Shown here: positions 51,200-64,000 of the stretch, piece by piece
Layout of the letters: every line of letters begins with the position of its first letter
Numbering within the stretch: position 1 is the first letter of the stretch
Assembly (NCBI GenBank): GCA_036172245.1
Contig: JAYWIR010000036.1
Location: 1,798,001-1,862,000, forward strand
Origin: Raillietiella orientalis
Lineage: Eukaryota
Reading direction: 5' to 3'
DNA length: 64,000 nucleotides
Position numbers and translations under genes: made by a program
The notes under the pieces: generated by a model
The model's database searches: none
Told to the model about the DNA's origin: nothing
Seen by the model: the letters and a program-made list of their open reading frames with translations, nothing else

Positions 51200-54100
51200 C
51201 TAGCAGAGTGGATGTATAGTGACGAACATATATCTGGGCAAGTGGTTGACTTTTGCTGAAGGAAGAGTTTGTTCTTGATATTAACATTAATGGGAGACTG
51301 TGTTACTTGTCTGTGTGACCTTCCTACTACTCTATCACCAAAATTAATTTCTTGATGGTGGAGTACAGTATTAAAAAGAAATAGAAAACAGAGCTGAAGT
51401 TCCAAGTTCTTTGTATACTAGAGGAATTGAATGGAAATAAACATTTGGTACCCAGATACCGATAAGTTAGATAAAATTGGTGTTATCAGCACCATAATGT
51501 GAAAAGATCTTATGTGAAAATCTTATCCCCACAAATTAATATACCCGGCTTTAAATCAGTAACGAAGGGGATGATTTTCCTAACAAATATGTGGTAAAGA
51601 GTAATGCGCATGGAAGTAGCTATCATGAGGTTTCCATATAATCTCAAATTTTCAAGTTACTGCATAAATGAAAAGCTGTGTGATATGATGCTTCGATTAG
51701 TGAGACCTAGGAAACGAAAATGTTATAATGGACGGAACAAAATAGGAATCTGGCAAAAGTTTGCCTAAAATGTTTTTTTTGTAGGCATTTCTTCATAGAC
51801 AGTGTAAATCAGAGTCTGCTCAGGGATGGATAAAAAGCTGCAGCATTTTGGTGGAGCTGAGGTAGCATAATAATTAGCTGTTTAATTTAGCATAAATGAA
51901 AGAATACAATAGGTGGGATTCCCATGTTTTGTGATTTCAACTTTGATGCCAGAGGTAAAAGTATCATGAAACACTTTGGAAAATACTGGTAAAAGAAGAA
52001 GGGGAAGCAATTAGATGCATCAGGGGTTTTTGCTTTGAGGATAAGGCATGAATAGAAGATAGGAAACTGATTGCATAGGAAGTATGATCTTGAAATGAAG
52101 ATAAGCTACCTAAAAGAGAACCACATGACCTTCATGAAAGGTTAGGATTAATACAAAGGTTTGAGATCTTGGTTCTAAGTTAGGGATCTGCAGGTAGTGG
52201 AACATTTACAGTACAGTCTGTTTGATTGAAATACGACTTGATTCGAGTTTAGATCGGCAAAGACATGTGGTTTTTTAACTTTAGGTACCAATGAGCTTCT
52301 TTGGTTTTGTTTCAGCAAGAAAGGATCAGAGAGTGCAAATATGTCTAATTTAAAGGTGGACTTTATGGAATGATACCGAAGTTGTTAGAAGTAAGATGGT
52401 GTTCTTGAAGTTAGGCTATGCATCTATGGTACTTAAGCATAAAATCTTGCGCAGGATAAAGTAGATGAAGGACCAAATACGGGAGGTATAAAATTCATGA
52501 GGCCTTTAAGGGGGTCTTCTGAAATTTGTAAAAGTGAAGAATATCATGTGCTAATGTAAGGTGTTGGTTGATGGCAAGTTAGTGAGACTGTTGAGGGTAA
52601 TGGTAGGGATGTGAATTGTCCTTTCGATGAACTGGAAAATCATGAGTCAGTTGTGATTAATATTTATTTGTTATTTGAGTGGAACGCCATACAGAGTATA
52701 GATAAGAAAATGAGTGACATAGTTATGTTCTGCAGCTCAGATGATTCCTTATGAGGAGTATATGATTACTATTTTAATGAAAGAGGTGGTTAATGTCAAA
52801 AGGTATGCGCAAGTCTGTGGAAAAGCTGACTTTGAGGAATTGGTTTATATTACATGTAATTTTGTGGTTTCCCTATTTTGTTATGATTAATTGATGTATA
52901 GATGCTGAGAGATTATGTTGTTTCTTTCTAATGGAACAAGGATGATTACTGTTAAATAAGAGAATCAGTCCATGAGAATATTATGATTGGATATCAAAGG
53001 AGCATTCCTTGGTATTGGGATATGCAGTGAATGTGGTAGTTGGCTTCATTTGATTTTCGATTTACAAAATCCATGTTTTATGTACTTATTATGATATAAT
53101 TCATACAAAAAACATTCAGATTGAAGAAATAATAGAAAGAATAATAGCAATCACAACTAAACAGTTTTATGATTGGTTAAAGTGTTGATGGTTTCAGTTC
53201 TTGAACATGTGAGAATGGAGAAAGATGAAATTAGTGAGGGTAGGAATGTTTGTTTGCCATGGGTAATATCATGAGGACAGGTAATAGTAAATAAAGGCAT
53301 ATTAAAAAGGAGGATAATGAATAGAGTAGAATGAAGACTCCTAATTCATCAAGGATGGATCAACTGATGGTGTTAACAATAAGAACATTATCTTGGTTGG
53401 ATCATTGTGGATATGACAAGGCCATACTCAGAATTCAAATTTCCTGAATTTCAATTCCGATATGAATTAAATATTTATCAAGTTGCAACAGAGAGATAAA
53501 ATTGGGTTAATCAAAATTCTGTCATTCAAACAAAAATCAGTGTTTGGAAACATAAAACTAGTTCAATAAAAATTAAAAAAAGAGAAACTGTGCCGCCCTT
53601 TCTTTGGTCACTGTAAACAGAGGGCAACAGAAACATTCAGTACCCCAATTTATGATTCATCCTAAAGAAGAGGTGCCACCAACAGGTATCACCTTCCCTC
53701 TGGGAAATGTCAGCATTGTCTGATGAGAAGGCAAAAGGATAATCTGTGCCATTAAGACTTTACAAGGTTGGTGGTGCCAACAGGACAGAAATAAGGAACC
53801 TTGGGCTATCTCTTAAGTGGCTGAGAACAGTTGATGACAATTGCTGCAAATGTTCATGTCTGGATAATCCACTAGCCAATTGGTGTGCTAGATTTAATCC
53901 ATCCAAAACAATTGTGCAATCACACACAACTTGGAAAATGGCCAAGTCTGCTTAAAAAACTGCTACATGCAAAATTAGGTAAAAATTCTGGCTGAATTCA
54001 ATTCGAAAGAAAGCTTTCTTCATTGCTGATACTCTTTAATTGCATACAGTGAATTGGTTTTACTTCCATGAAATTATTTTGAGCTGTACAGCCACTTTGA

Positions 54101-54900
54101 CTGGGAGTGTCCTCAGCAAGAGCAACAAAATTTAAGCTTGTCATCAAAAGATTTGGGGACCTTTCAACATTCACTCGAGTAGTATGTAAGAGTAAGGGCC
54201 CAATGAAGGGGACATGGGATGCAACAAGAACTGTAAGGTGAATACATCTCTATAAGGAAGCTGCACTCACTGAATAACTGCTAGAGTCTAGGAAAACAGT
54301 CACATGACTTGGAAAACTACGAATTCTTTTCAGAGTGCTGATTCTTTCATAATTCGATATTTATGAAGACACTCAATAAGTAGTATTAGCTGGTATAGGA
54401 ACTACAAGAAATTCATTTAAGATTTGTAGACTTGACCAAAATGCAATGGACTTTAAGTGGCATATTAATTCACATAAGATCTGATCCAAAGACTTTTGCC
54501 AACACTTCAGTTGGCAGCACACATTACATCAACTGGTTGCACATAGACAAAAGATTATCAGTTACACATTGCCGAATCTCCAAGGAGGTTTACAAAAGTC
54601 ATGGCGATTCACGAATAAACGTCTGATCTGATAGCTGTGAAAACACTCTTTCCTTATGTGCCACTTTTCCTCCTTGTGTAACTACTCTTTCCAATGGAGA
54701 GAACCAGCTGTTTTGTCTCTTCAAGTGATTCTGGTTTCCCTTTGTCAAGTGCTTTCGTGTGCTGAAGTATTACTGAAAGTTGGTACCCACTAGATCTCAG
54801 CCTGCCCCAATCTTGTGCCTCCGGAACTTTCCTTAGCAAACTATTGGCTTTCGTCTGTAAAGTTTGTAATGTTTGAAATTCCGTGCCATCGCGCCCCAAT
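51200..54900 (-). mobile_element. Highly decayed AT-rich I/Jockey-like LINE (gag knuckle, APE, RT)
   Basis: IVLDGLNLAHQL (~GDLNAHH) ~53880-53915, SFIYA (~YADD) ~51895, IIWKPH (~L.W..HI) ~51635, Cys-rich stretch ~54510-54580. Confidence 0.45.
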
Positions 54901-56075
54901 GACGTCACTAGATTTCTACATTCCGTCAGTGGATTGAGGATCTCTCACCCGCCTCTTTGCTGCCTGGTTTCACGATTCTTCCCTCTTCATGACGTACATG
55001 ACCTCCGCTCCCCTTGTTTACAGACAACTTTTGGAACAGATGTAGATCAAAGGACAGGGAATCTTCCAGAACTGCCGCCAGCTCTACAGAACTGAGTCCT
55101 CTTCAGCTCTCGCTTCTCAGAGTAAGGTTCACTTATAGTTTGACAGTTTGCAATTCCTTCATTATTAGGACTGCTTCGAACTGCTGTTGAGAATGAGCCT
55201 AGGATTTCCCATTAGCTGTTGCTTTGTAGTTGGTTTTCTCACTAAGGACTCTGGTGGATCACATAAGAGTATCCGCAAACCTTATTGTTCCGCTTTTGTG
55301 GATGAAACTATTCGATTTTTCTTTAACTCAGATGTTTTCAAAGCAGGCCAGTTGTACACCTACAGGAAGTTATGCGGTCCATCACCCTCTACCCCTTCAT
55401 CCAAGTGAATTCGTCTCTTTATCCCCCAATTCCCATTCGGTTCTCCCGCATTCTTTCTCTATTTATATTGGGTCCTTTTGAGAATGGCGCCATGTGCTTT
55501 CTGATGTTTTTTACGAAGTAAAATGTCTAGCCATATGACCTTCTTGCCTCATATTTCCTTCACATCTACTCTCAATAGTAGCAGAGTTAACTGAGAAACC
55601 GTAAAGTTCCGTTTTGTCTCTATAGTCAATAAACTATATGAAGACTGTGAGAAAATAGTCAAGTGTGGCTCCATCTTTCTTAGTCCTAGGTCCTTCTTTA
55701 GAACGAACGAATGAGTTGTCTCGTCCCGTGTTAAAGCAGTGGAAATTCCATTCCATTCACAAAACTTTCCTCCTTCTAGGCACGGGCAGCCTGGAGCGAC
55801 ATCGAGAAAGCATGTCGAGTAACCCGCCTGGGGACTGAAATCGATAACGTGTGGTTAACAGAACTTGGACCCAATACACATTTTCCAAGATACCAATTCG
55901 AGAGCCTTTGAAATGTAACCCTAGGTCTTCCCTCTTTCTATCTCTCAGATATTAGTATCGTTCTTCTTCAGGAAAGATCAATGTTATCGGCGTTTTGCAA
56001 ATCTTCCTTTTTCTTGTGTTTGTGTGAACTGAAAGTCCTGACCCAGAGGGTTGTGCACGCAATAATTCTAATTCA

Positions 56076-56108
56076 ACTTTGATCTTAGCCAAAAGGCCGA
56101 GAAGCAAT
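56076..56108 (-). pseudogene. U2: 3'-truncated U2 snRNA retrocopy (first 33 nt)
   Basis: Minus strand ATTGCTTCTCGGCCTTTTGGCTAAGATCAAAGT matches the U2 5' end. Direct repeats GCAATAATTCT lie at 56059-56069 and 56104-56114. Confidence 0.88.
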
Positions 56109-56199
56109 AATTCTGGGGCTTCACAGGAAACAAGCAGTCTTAGATGTCCGAAGGAGTCTGGAACTCCAAAAACGAAAGAGTTGTGCCATGCTGATTCTA

Positions 56200-57125
56200 A
56201 TTTATAGTTTCATAATATGAACTATAACTATTGGCTAGGAAATGCAAATTAAAAAATTACAAATTAATTCTATAGTTTTCAATTGAGTAGTATTGTTATT
56301 TTTAATTAACCTTTGTGACAGCAAACTACAAATCCAAGGGATGTGGCTGCAAGTACAACTGTAGTGTGTTGCACACTTGAGGCAGCTGCTACTTGAGACA
56401 GCTGGTTTAAAATCCCAAAGGATCTTAAAAATAAATACAAGTGTTTACTATGCAAATATTGAATGTATAAATTGATATATAGAACAGTGCACAGATTAAT
56501 ACACTATAAGATACACTATAAGCCACACAATTGATTAATACACTATAAGTCAATTTGCATGCTTATTTTGTACATTAAAATATATATTTGTATAGAAGTC
56601 AATATACAATGCATTTTAACATTCATATTTATTAATATTTATTAGCATATTGAAGGTAATATTAAGAAACACATATATTAACATACACATCATTGACATA
56701 ATTTATAATATGTTTATCATATTCGTATATGAAATAATGTATACTATAAAGATCACAAACATAAATATATGTGTTGATTATGTATATTAATATGTATGTT
56801 ATTGCCTAAATCAGGTGCTTTAATTATTATATATTATTAAAATAATGTATGTTTATTATAGGTATAAACATCATTAATAATATGTTCATTACATACATTG
56901 AAATGAAAATAAATATAGAGGTAAATATAACAAACTATTCCAGGAAACATATTTACTAATGTAACTTTTAATATCCATTCATACATACTATTATTATATA
57001 TCGTGAAGATTATCAAACATTGGCATATACGTTTATTATGCACATTAATAGGCGTTTACACACGAAATAAATATAGATGTATATATTTATTCTGAATACA
57101 TAAATATCGAATTTTAAAAAGTAAA
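56200..57125. repeat. AT-rich repeat copy 3, with short ATACACTATAAG tandem repeats
   Basis: ATAAATATATGTGTTGATTATGTATATTAAT resembles 17657-17690. ATACACTATAAG occurs three times at ~56499-56548. Confidence 0.5.
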
Positions 57126-60100
57126 AACAATGGTAAGAATGAACATCCCGCTTGTTTGCATGCTTCCATGGGCTCATGTGAAAAGACCTCCAAGGAACAA
57201 TTTCATACGCTCAATTCTCCGTGTTCGAATTGCCACTTCAAATTGCCTGCGGGAGTGTCTGGTCCAACTCCTTCAGGGCATCCAGGTGTTTCTTAAATAA
57301 AAGCTTCTCCCGATACCACTTTTATTCGAGGTATATTCGCCGAGTGTTTGCTGAGCTGCAGCTGGATGCGGAAGTGGTCAGGTAATTGCATCCGTTTTCT
57401 GACGTGAGATACGCATGGGTGGTATGGCGGTTGTCTGTCAAGAGCAGTCATTTTTTATAAGTCCACTTTTGCCTACGTTGTTTTTTCGGCCATGTGCTGT
57501 AGGTGAACACAAGGAAACTGCTGACCATAGCCACAGGACCATAGCCAACAGTTTACGAAATGTAGTCCTCTGCAGGGGGTTACCCCCCCCCCATCTCGGG
57601 TTTTGCTGGAGTTGCGTCGGAATCGCCAGTCGAAATCTTATGATGGACTCATGGCTGCGGGAAACATACCTACTATGTGTGTGATAGTTAGGTATGGCCT
57701 GGATACAAGTCGTTATGGTCAACACTTCTGCAATCCAGTGTTTCAAATGTAGTCCAACCAGTGGGTCTTTGATATTGCTGCTTATTTGGAAGCGGATACA
57801 CTCCGAAAGTTTATTGTTATTTGCACTGCTGATCTCTCTCTGAAGAGGTTTATGGATCATTTCAACTTTACTGCTTATTATAGGAGTTATTAATGACATT
57901 GCAGTACCATGTGGATCTCATTCACTTGGTTTTTTTTGTTGCTCCGGTCCTTCCGAAGGGTGGAAAATCTGATTCTTTGGAATCCGAATCAATAGGGTCG
58001 TTAGCAAGATTCGAAGAATCTGACTGTATCTGTACTGTATCTGACTCTATTCGGATTCGGTCCCTATTGATTCGAAACGAGAAATGCATGGGAGTCTTGC
58101 AAATATGTCTTGTCATATGGTGAGAGCATAATTGAAATGGCATAAGCTGGCATCATTGACTTATGCTAGAATCGCAAAGCAATGTTACCACGCCTATGGC
58201 TCCACGTCTGAGTGGTACTGAAGTCAGTAGCTGAGTCCATGCCTGTGAGGCCATACTGTTCCTCGTGGCACTGAAGATACTCAACTGGAGGGCCAGGCAA
58301 CAGCCATACAACCGCGGTTCCTGGTACTCTGGTTGCATTATGTGTACAAAGAATTGTGCGACACCGGGGCACGTGCCATGCGGCCAAGTACACGTTGCAG
58401 AGGCGTATGTCTGCTTGAGAACTGATAGTGCATACTTAGATGTTGACGCCTGTACTGTCAACTTCTGTACTGTCAAAAGCACGTTCTCAAAGACGAGTTT
58501 GGCGAGTTTTCCATCTGTCGCTTTATTGTTGCCTAACCTCTCGTCCTACAGTTGCTGTAGCTACAGTGACGTATCTGGATGGCCTTCATGTCGTGGAGGC
58601 TGTCTGCTTCCTCATTGGCGCATATATTGAACCTGGTGCCCAAACATAGGTCGTGCATTCATCTCCAAATCACTAGACATTAGCACTGCTTGCGGAGGTC
58701 GTCTGCGAATGCTTGCCAGTCGACTCCGAGCTCCACCCAACTCGTATTTGCCAAACACTGTGACTTCCCGATGCTAATCTTGGCTCTTATTTGAGAGGCT
58801 TCATGACCGCCTCATTTGTCGAAGGGAAGGGAATCTCTTTGGCGACTTCCAAGGCTGCATCTCTCCCACACACGCAGTTGTGGGAGGGCAACTTGGGAAC
58901 TGTTTCCTTAACAGGAACGACGAAGTTTTTTTCGACAGCATCACGAAGGCGAGCAATATCGCTGTTCTGTGCAGTCTGCTCTCCTTGTAGTGAGCTCCTG
59001 GGGTTCCGACTATTTTTTCTCGGAAGGTGTAGGGGTGGCTAACAACGATCTGATGTAAATAATCCAGGAGTATTTCTCCCTCGGACGCACCGCATAAATT
59101 GGGCAAAAGATACGTTGCACCTGCATGCGTTCGGGGTCAGCGGTAGTCTGAGGAGCAGGATGAAGGTGTGCTACATCGCTTCCACATTGCTACGCTTAAC
59201 CCGAGGGCTTGATGATGTAGTGGTTGCTCTCCAGAGCGAAGGAAGGTAGTTGAGAAGGATGGCCGACAGGCCTCGATACTTTTTGTTTCGTCAGGAGCAC
59301 ACGCAAGTCTCCATTTATTCCATGAGTAGCTCATCTTTCTGATCATCAGATCATGGGAGAGGAGCTCTAGGATTTGAGCAAAACCCGACACACCATAGTG
59401 TTTCGGATTTTTGCTTTCGGAAAACGTATTATTTGTAACTGCCAAGTGTCTGGCAGCGTGGCCTCGTATTCGCCAGCCAGCCCAGAGGTCGAATGGCTCT
59501 GCTCTTTCATACTCATATAGAGCGGTCAGCGCCGTAACTAGGAATAGTGGCGCAGTTGTATGCGCTGTCGACTGGTCGTTGAATTTTGAGGACGGTTCGT
59601 GTCTGATTTTCTGTTCCGCATACTGCTCGCTCTACTACTTCCCCTGAGGGCAGTGGTTGTTCCTTGCGAAAACAGGCTAAGGCGTGTGACGTCATCGAAA
59701 CTCGAAACTGACAGCACTTTCCATCGGATGGAAAGTTCGTTTAAGGATGTTTTTTTCTAAATGAAACTATGAAGTGTGTTTACATGTCCGGTCCAGCAGC
59801 TGGGATGATTTCACTCGGTGGAAGGTCGGGCTCCCATATGGTGATTCTCAGGCTTAATTTCGTCATAGGCTTCTCCGAGAAATGCTATATTCTCTATAGA
59901 GGGAGTCCAGCGAGGACGGTATTTACTCTTCAAATCACAGACCTATATACTCGGATCTACCTATTACCCATTCTTGAGGAGCTTCACCTGAGACCTACAA
60001 TTTGCACTGCAACATTCTGGCCTTAAACCTTGGCAGTTGTTTTTGTTAACGACCTCAAACCGTACTCACTTAATATATAACTTCTCCTAATGTCTCCGAA

Positions 60101-60879
60101 GTCCTCGGAAGATTATATGAATACTGAATGCTCGAATCATCATACTTGGCCTGATCAACCTCCAAACTCAGTCGACAAGATTCTCATGATTCGTCACTCA
60201 CTCAGTCGCCGCATGTATATGTGGCGGGGACTCCAGGTGAGGGCAACAAATGTGCGAGGACGTGCGAGGAGCGGACACCTTTCCAAACCAACCCTGAACA
60301 TCGCCATCGCCTGGACTGCGGTTGTTAGCCTTCTTTCACTAGGGGTCTCTATTCCTGATTGCATGCGAATAGCAGCACACCTTGCATTGCACACCTTTCC
60401 TGTAGTGGACAATGCAGTAGTAGAACACTGATGCTCCAACGTTCCTCCGGAAGTAACTCACGTCACGAGTGCTACATTGACAAGGGAAGTACAAGTAAAA
60501 ACCCCTAGATGAAGTGAGCGTGTGAGAAAAAAGAGACCTCCTAGAGACGATTAGCAGGCAATCCGATAAGGCGTTTGGAATTCACGAGCCAATAAAATGA
60601 GGGAAAAAGGCAAATATCAAGAAGTAAATGACCAAAGCAAGATGAAATGTCAACCTTTCAGGATCCACGAAAACCCTGAGAGTTGTTGGTTTCTTTACTT
60701 GGTTGTTGGTTTATAGTAAGTCAGGTGTTTCGATGTTGGGCATGTTTTTGTTAAGGTGGATTAAGGTGAAGGCAGATATTTTTTCCGGAAAAATTGCTAC
60801 AGTTCTTGGGTTTTCTTCTGAAATTTCTTTCAACTGTGGTCAAGACAATCCTCGGGGTATGCTTCATTTATTGGGAGGT

Positions 60880-63130
60880 TCATGCTTTATTTATAGTACG
60901 AGGACCGCGACGGTGCGAAGCAGTGGCGACCCTCGTACAGTCCTCACTTGCCCTAAGGGCAGACAGCGCTGCCAAAGCAGGTGTGAAGGCCAGACGGGCA
61001 CTTCTGTCCGCGTGGATGGGTACGCACTTCGCACAGTCTGAGTAATTCATCGTCAGGTATGCTCTCAAAATCTTCAGCAGGTGGGACCTGAGGTCATGAC
61101 TTTTAGGAGCGTCTCTATAAAAGACCTCCCATGTGGGGTCGTTCTCTGTGGATTGCTTGTGGTGCGAAGTGCGGTGATCTATTTAGGGACCTTCTAGGGT
61201 ACAAATGTTTCATCCTAATCTTCTAAGGTTTGCTGCTTTAATTTTGAAGCAGCAAACCTTACAATTTTTCATCCTACAGATCAGCATTGCAATCTAGGAA
61301 ATCCACTTGCCAATGAGGTAATTCGTTCCAATGTGGTATACTACTGGGTTTGCTAGAATCTCGGAATTGTCTGGCAGTGTATGGTCCGGAATGTGCATCT
61401 TGACCAAGTGGGTATTCTGCTCCTATTCCTACAGATGGTTGCCTCGGTGGCTAGCAAGAGCATCATCAGCATTTTGAGTACAACTGCATTCATTAAATCA
61501 AGACGGATTAATATTTATCTACGATCATGGCAATGAAGCTTGATTTACTAGTCTAGATTGCTTTCTCTTAATGCCTGATTTGGTGCTCCGTCCATGTGCT
61601 GCGAATTGCCCTAGAATCGCTATGTATACTAGTAGTCATTGGTTCAGTAGTGCTATGTTGCTCCCTGTCGTAATTCCCATCTCTACCCCGCCATCTACCA
61701 TCGGTAGGGATAGGAACCTGGGGTAGGTCCCAACTTGGTCGGCGTACCTGAGATGCCAAGATCGCCGCATCACATCTACCTCGATGACAAACTGCATTCT
61801 AGTGTGGGGAGGAGAGGAAGATTGCCGTCCGGACTTTCTGACCATCATAGGTTGGAATTCGAGTTCCTCCCGCCAGGCAAGCATATTGTGTGGAAGCGTT
61901 GGCAGCAAGTCCTCTGCTGCCAATGCAACGCCGCAGAATCAGCCGGGCAGGCATTCATTGTCTTCCCAAAGGACTCAGCAGTCGAAGAGCAATCTCGCGA
62001 ATGCCGCCGAGGCGAAGTCGGCAACAGCATTAACAGCTGTTGCCAAGGTAGCGCCATACTTTATAAAATTCCTTCAGTCGTTTGCTTCGCTCCGCTCCAG
62101 ACCGTCACAATCCCGCATGAAGAGGAGCCGACAAACGTCCCTGGGAGGGCTGCTAACAGGGATCTGGAGGGTAGTCCCGGTTCCACAGAGAACGGAAGGC
62201 AACAGGGCAGTCGACTAGCAGGAGTGGGAACGATTTGTTCCCGCACCTGGCACAGTTGGGATGCATCCTTTGCAGCGTCCAGAAATGGCTGATATGATAT
62301 CCTTCAGCACTGAGGGTCAATCGAGGTCTACGGTCATGATGCCGACCAGCTCGCTCCAGCGCTGCAATCCACGCGAAAGGACTCTCGGGGTCACGGCGTC
62401 CTTCCGCTCGTGGTCCATCTGCTTGTCAGCTTCTGTCTGCCTGTGATCTCGCAGGAGACCTGCCACTCCGGCGTCTGGCTGCTGCGAAGTACCCTCAGGA
62501 AAGGCATCGCCGTAGCCAGGGGCTCATCTCCGCCCACGTACTCCTGGCTGGACACTCCAGGACCTTCCGCAGCGAGTAGAGGACGAATTTGCTAAATGGC
62601 AGGCAGTTCTACGTCTCTCTTGGCTGGTTCAGCTTCGCCCACGTGCCAACTGTTTCTGGTTACACATTATCCAGCTGTTCTCTTCCGCCAGGGTGGCTAT
62701 GTGTCCAAAGCGGAGGTCGCATCTTCTGATCTTCCGGCCGCGGCATAGAATACGCAAGCCCTTCCGTTCCAGATACACAACGGGCGAGGAGGGCAGAAAC
62801 GCACCAGGAGGTGCTCCAATACTGCTGCGAGGCATATGGTTCGCCATCTCAGCTGAATCTCCATCCGCTCCAGCGTCAGGAGGCTGAGACCGCCATTCCG
62901 ACGCAGAGCACACAAGTCCTTAAAAGGAAAACGGGGCTTCCCACTGCCCCAGAGGGCGACACGGAGGAGGTCCTTAGTTCTATCTTTCAACTGGGGGAGA
63001 CGGGGCAAACCAAAAGCAGGGGGCGGATGAGGGGGGGCCGCAAACGCGTTCCACACCGCGGCCTGTTGCCCGATCGGCCCGTCCCTGTCCTACAGGAACG
63101 CGCCGATCGTCAACTCACTTTCTGGAGACG
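60880..63130 (-). mobile_element. Decayed Tx1-like ORF2, same family as 39200-41470
   Basis: LAALSALRASED (~60945-60975, minus) matches AAALSALRASDD (~40540-40575, plus). Also YPRFLSLPMVD (~WRPISLxNVD) and SWIMCN (~WKxN). Confidence 0.5.
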
Positions 63131-63214
63131 GATCTGACCAGACTTTGCGGACATTAGTCCCTCAACTGAACGCCAATGTACTTTTTCAATTTACCTGCTC
63201 GTGGTTCACCCGAT

Positions 63215-64000
63215 TGTGATTATTTTTATTTATTTATTAACAAAACATGTGTTTAGGGCCGATGGCGCTACACAACGTCCAAAAAAAGTGCGGAACCGAG
63301 TTACCGGCACCCAGGTCGGCGAGGTTCGACTCGGCAGCGAATGGGAAAGGACAAACCAAAAAATAAACGCTATTTACAAAAAAAACAGGAGGGCCTGGGG
63401 AAGGGATTACGTTCCACTGCAGACGCTTCGTGAATTCGACGTCCCTTCCTTTGTTTGTGTCAGCGTGTAGTGTCCCTGGCGTCCTATGGCAACGATGTCT
63501 GCGGACACCGCGATGGAGCTAGCAGTGGGAGAGGCCAGTTCCACTCCCCAACATACGGAACTGGAGGCAACCGTCCCCAAGAAATCATCCCCGCCGATGG
63601 CGAGGACATAGCGCTCTAGTGGCTGCACCAACGGCGGCTACTTTGGCTGAAGAGTCGGCGTATAGTCCTTCTTAATATGTAAAATAGGTGGTCTTTTTTG
63701 CTCTCTAGGGAGCTGCAGAGGCTGAAGATAAGGAAGAAAGATCTTGAAGGTCTCATCATCCTTTCCGGGTCAGACCGAAACCCGGAATTTTCGAAAGCTA
63801 TAACAAGCTCTTCAGTGGGATGACTGCAGCGCGTATCACAGTACACAAAAATGGTGGGCTTTCCCACAGACTAGGCATCGCAAACGAGAAGATCGGCGGA
63901 ACTGCAAAATAACCCCTTTCGTGAACTGCCGTTAACCAGTCCCTGTTGTGGGATCCTAGCAGCCAAACACCATGTACAAATTTTCACTGCAAAATAAATG
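63215..64000 (-). mobile_element. RLE endonuclease domain and 3' end of a NeSL/Utopia-like element
   Basis: ADLLVCD..KPTIFVYCD..VIAFEN (~PDLV..D..FEN), ARDT..H (~SRDIY.EH), and a (TAAA)-rich tail at ~63220-63240. Confidence 0.5.

Larger units (their letters stand above)
55090..60430 (-). mobile_element. RLE-type element, N-terminal zinc fingers and RT, with internal insertions
   Basis: QCKVC and C..K..S.HVLAH (~60250-60395), TPGCPEG (~APGPDG) ~57280, ISKALELVSW (~DISKAFDSV) ~55900, VAPGCP (~VRQGCP) ~55790, HNFL.V (~YxYLG) ~55365. Confidence 0.5.

Noticed and set aside
60480..60660. HDV-like ribozyme at the 5' end of the RLE element
   Set aside because: A GCTAA motif is present on the minus strand, but I could not build P1-P3 or the pseudoknot. 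A covariance search would be needed.

Overview
Eukaryotic, probably invertebrate, repeat-saturated DNA. I see no intact host gene, prokaryotic operon or CRISPR array, and most of the ORF track is spurious. The window is a nested graveyard of decayed non-LTR retrotransposons: many Tx1/L1-like APE-RT remnants on both strands, three NeSL/Utopia-like RT-RLE remnants and one AT-rich I/Jockey-like LINE. It also holds a fold-back mariner fragment, three related AT-rich repeats, a TSD-flanked 33-nt U2 snRNA 5' retrocopy and a 222-bp direct repeat that reads as identical by eye. The most interesting element is a ~0.5-0.8 kb tRNA-headed SINE-like family with 8 copies. Its body is an array of up to ~11 ~40-nt units, each able to fold into a hairpin often capped by a C(UUCG)G loop, and it has two alternative 3' tails. 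LINE clade calls rest on degenerate motifs read by eye across frameshifts, and boundaries are approximate.
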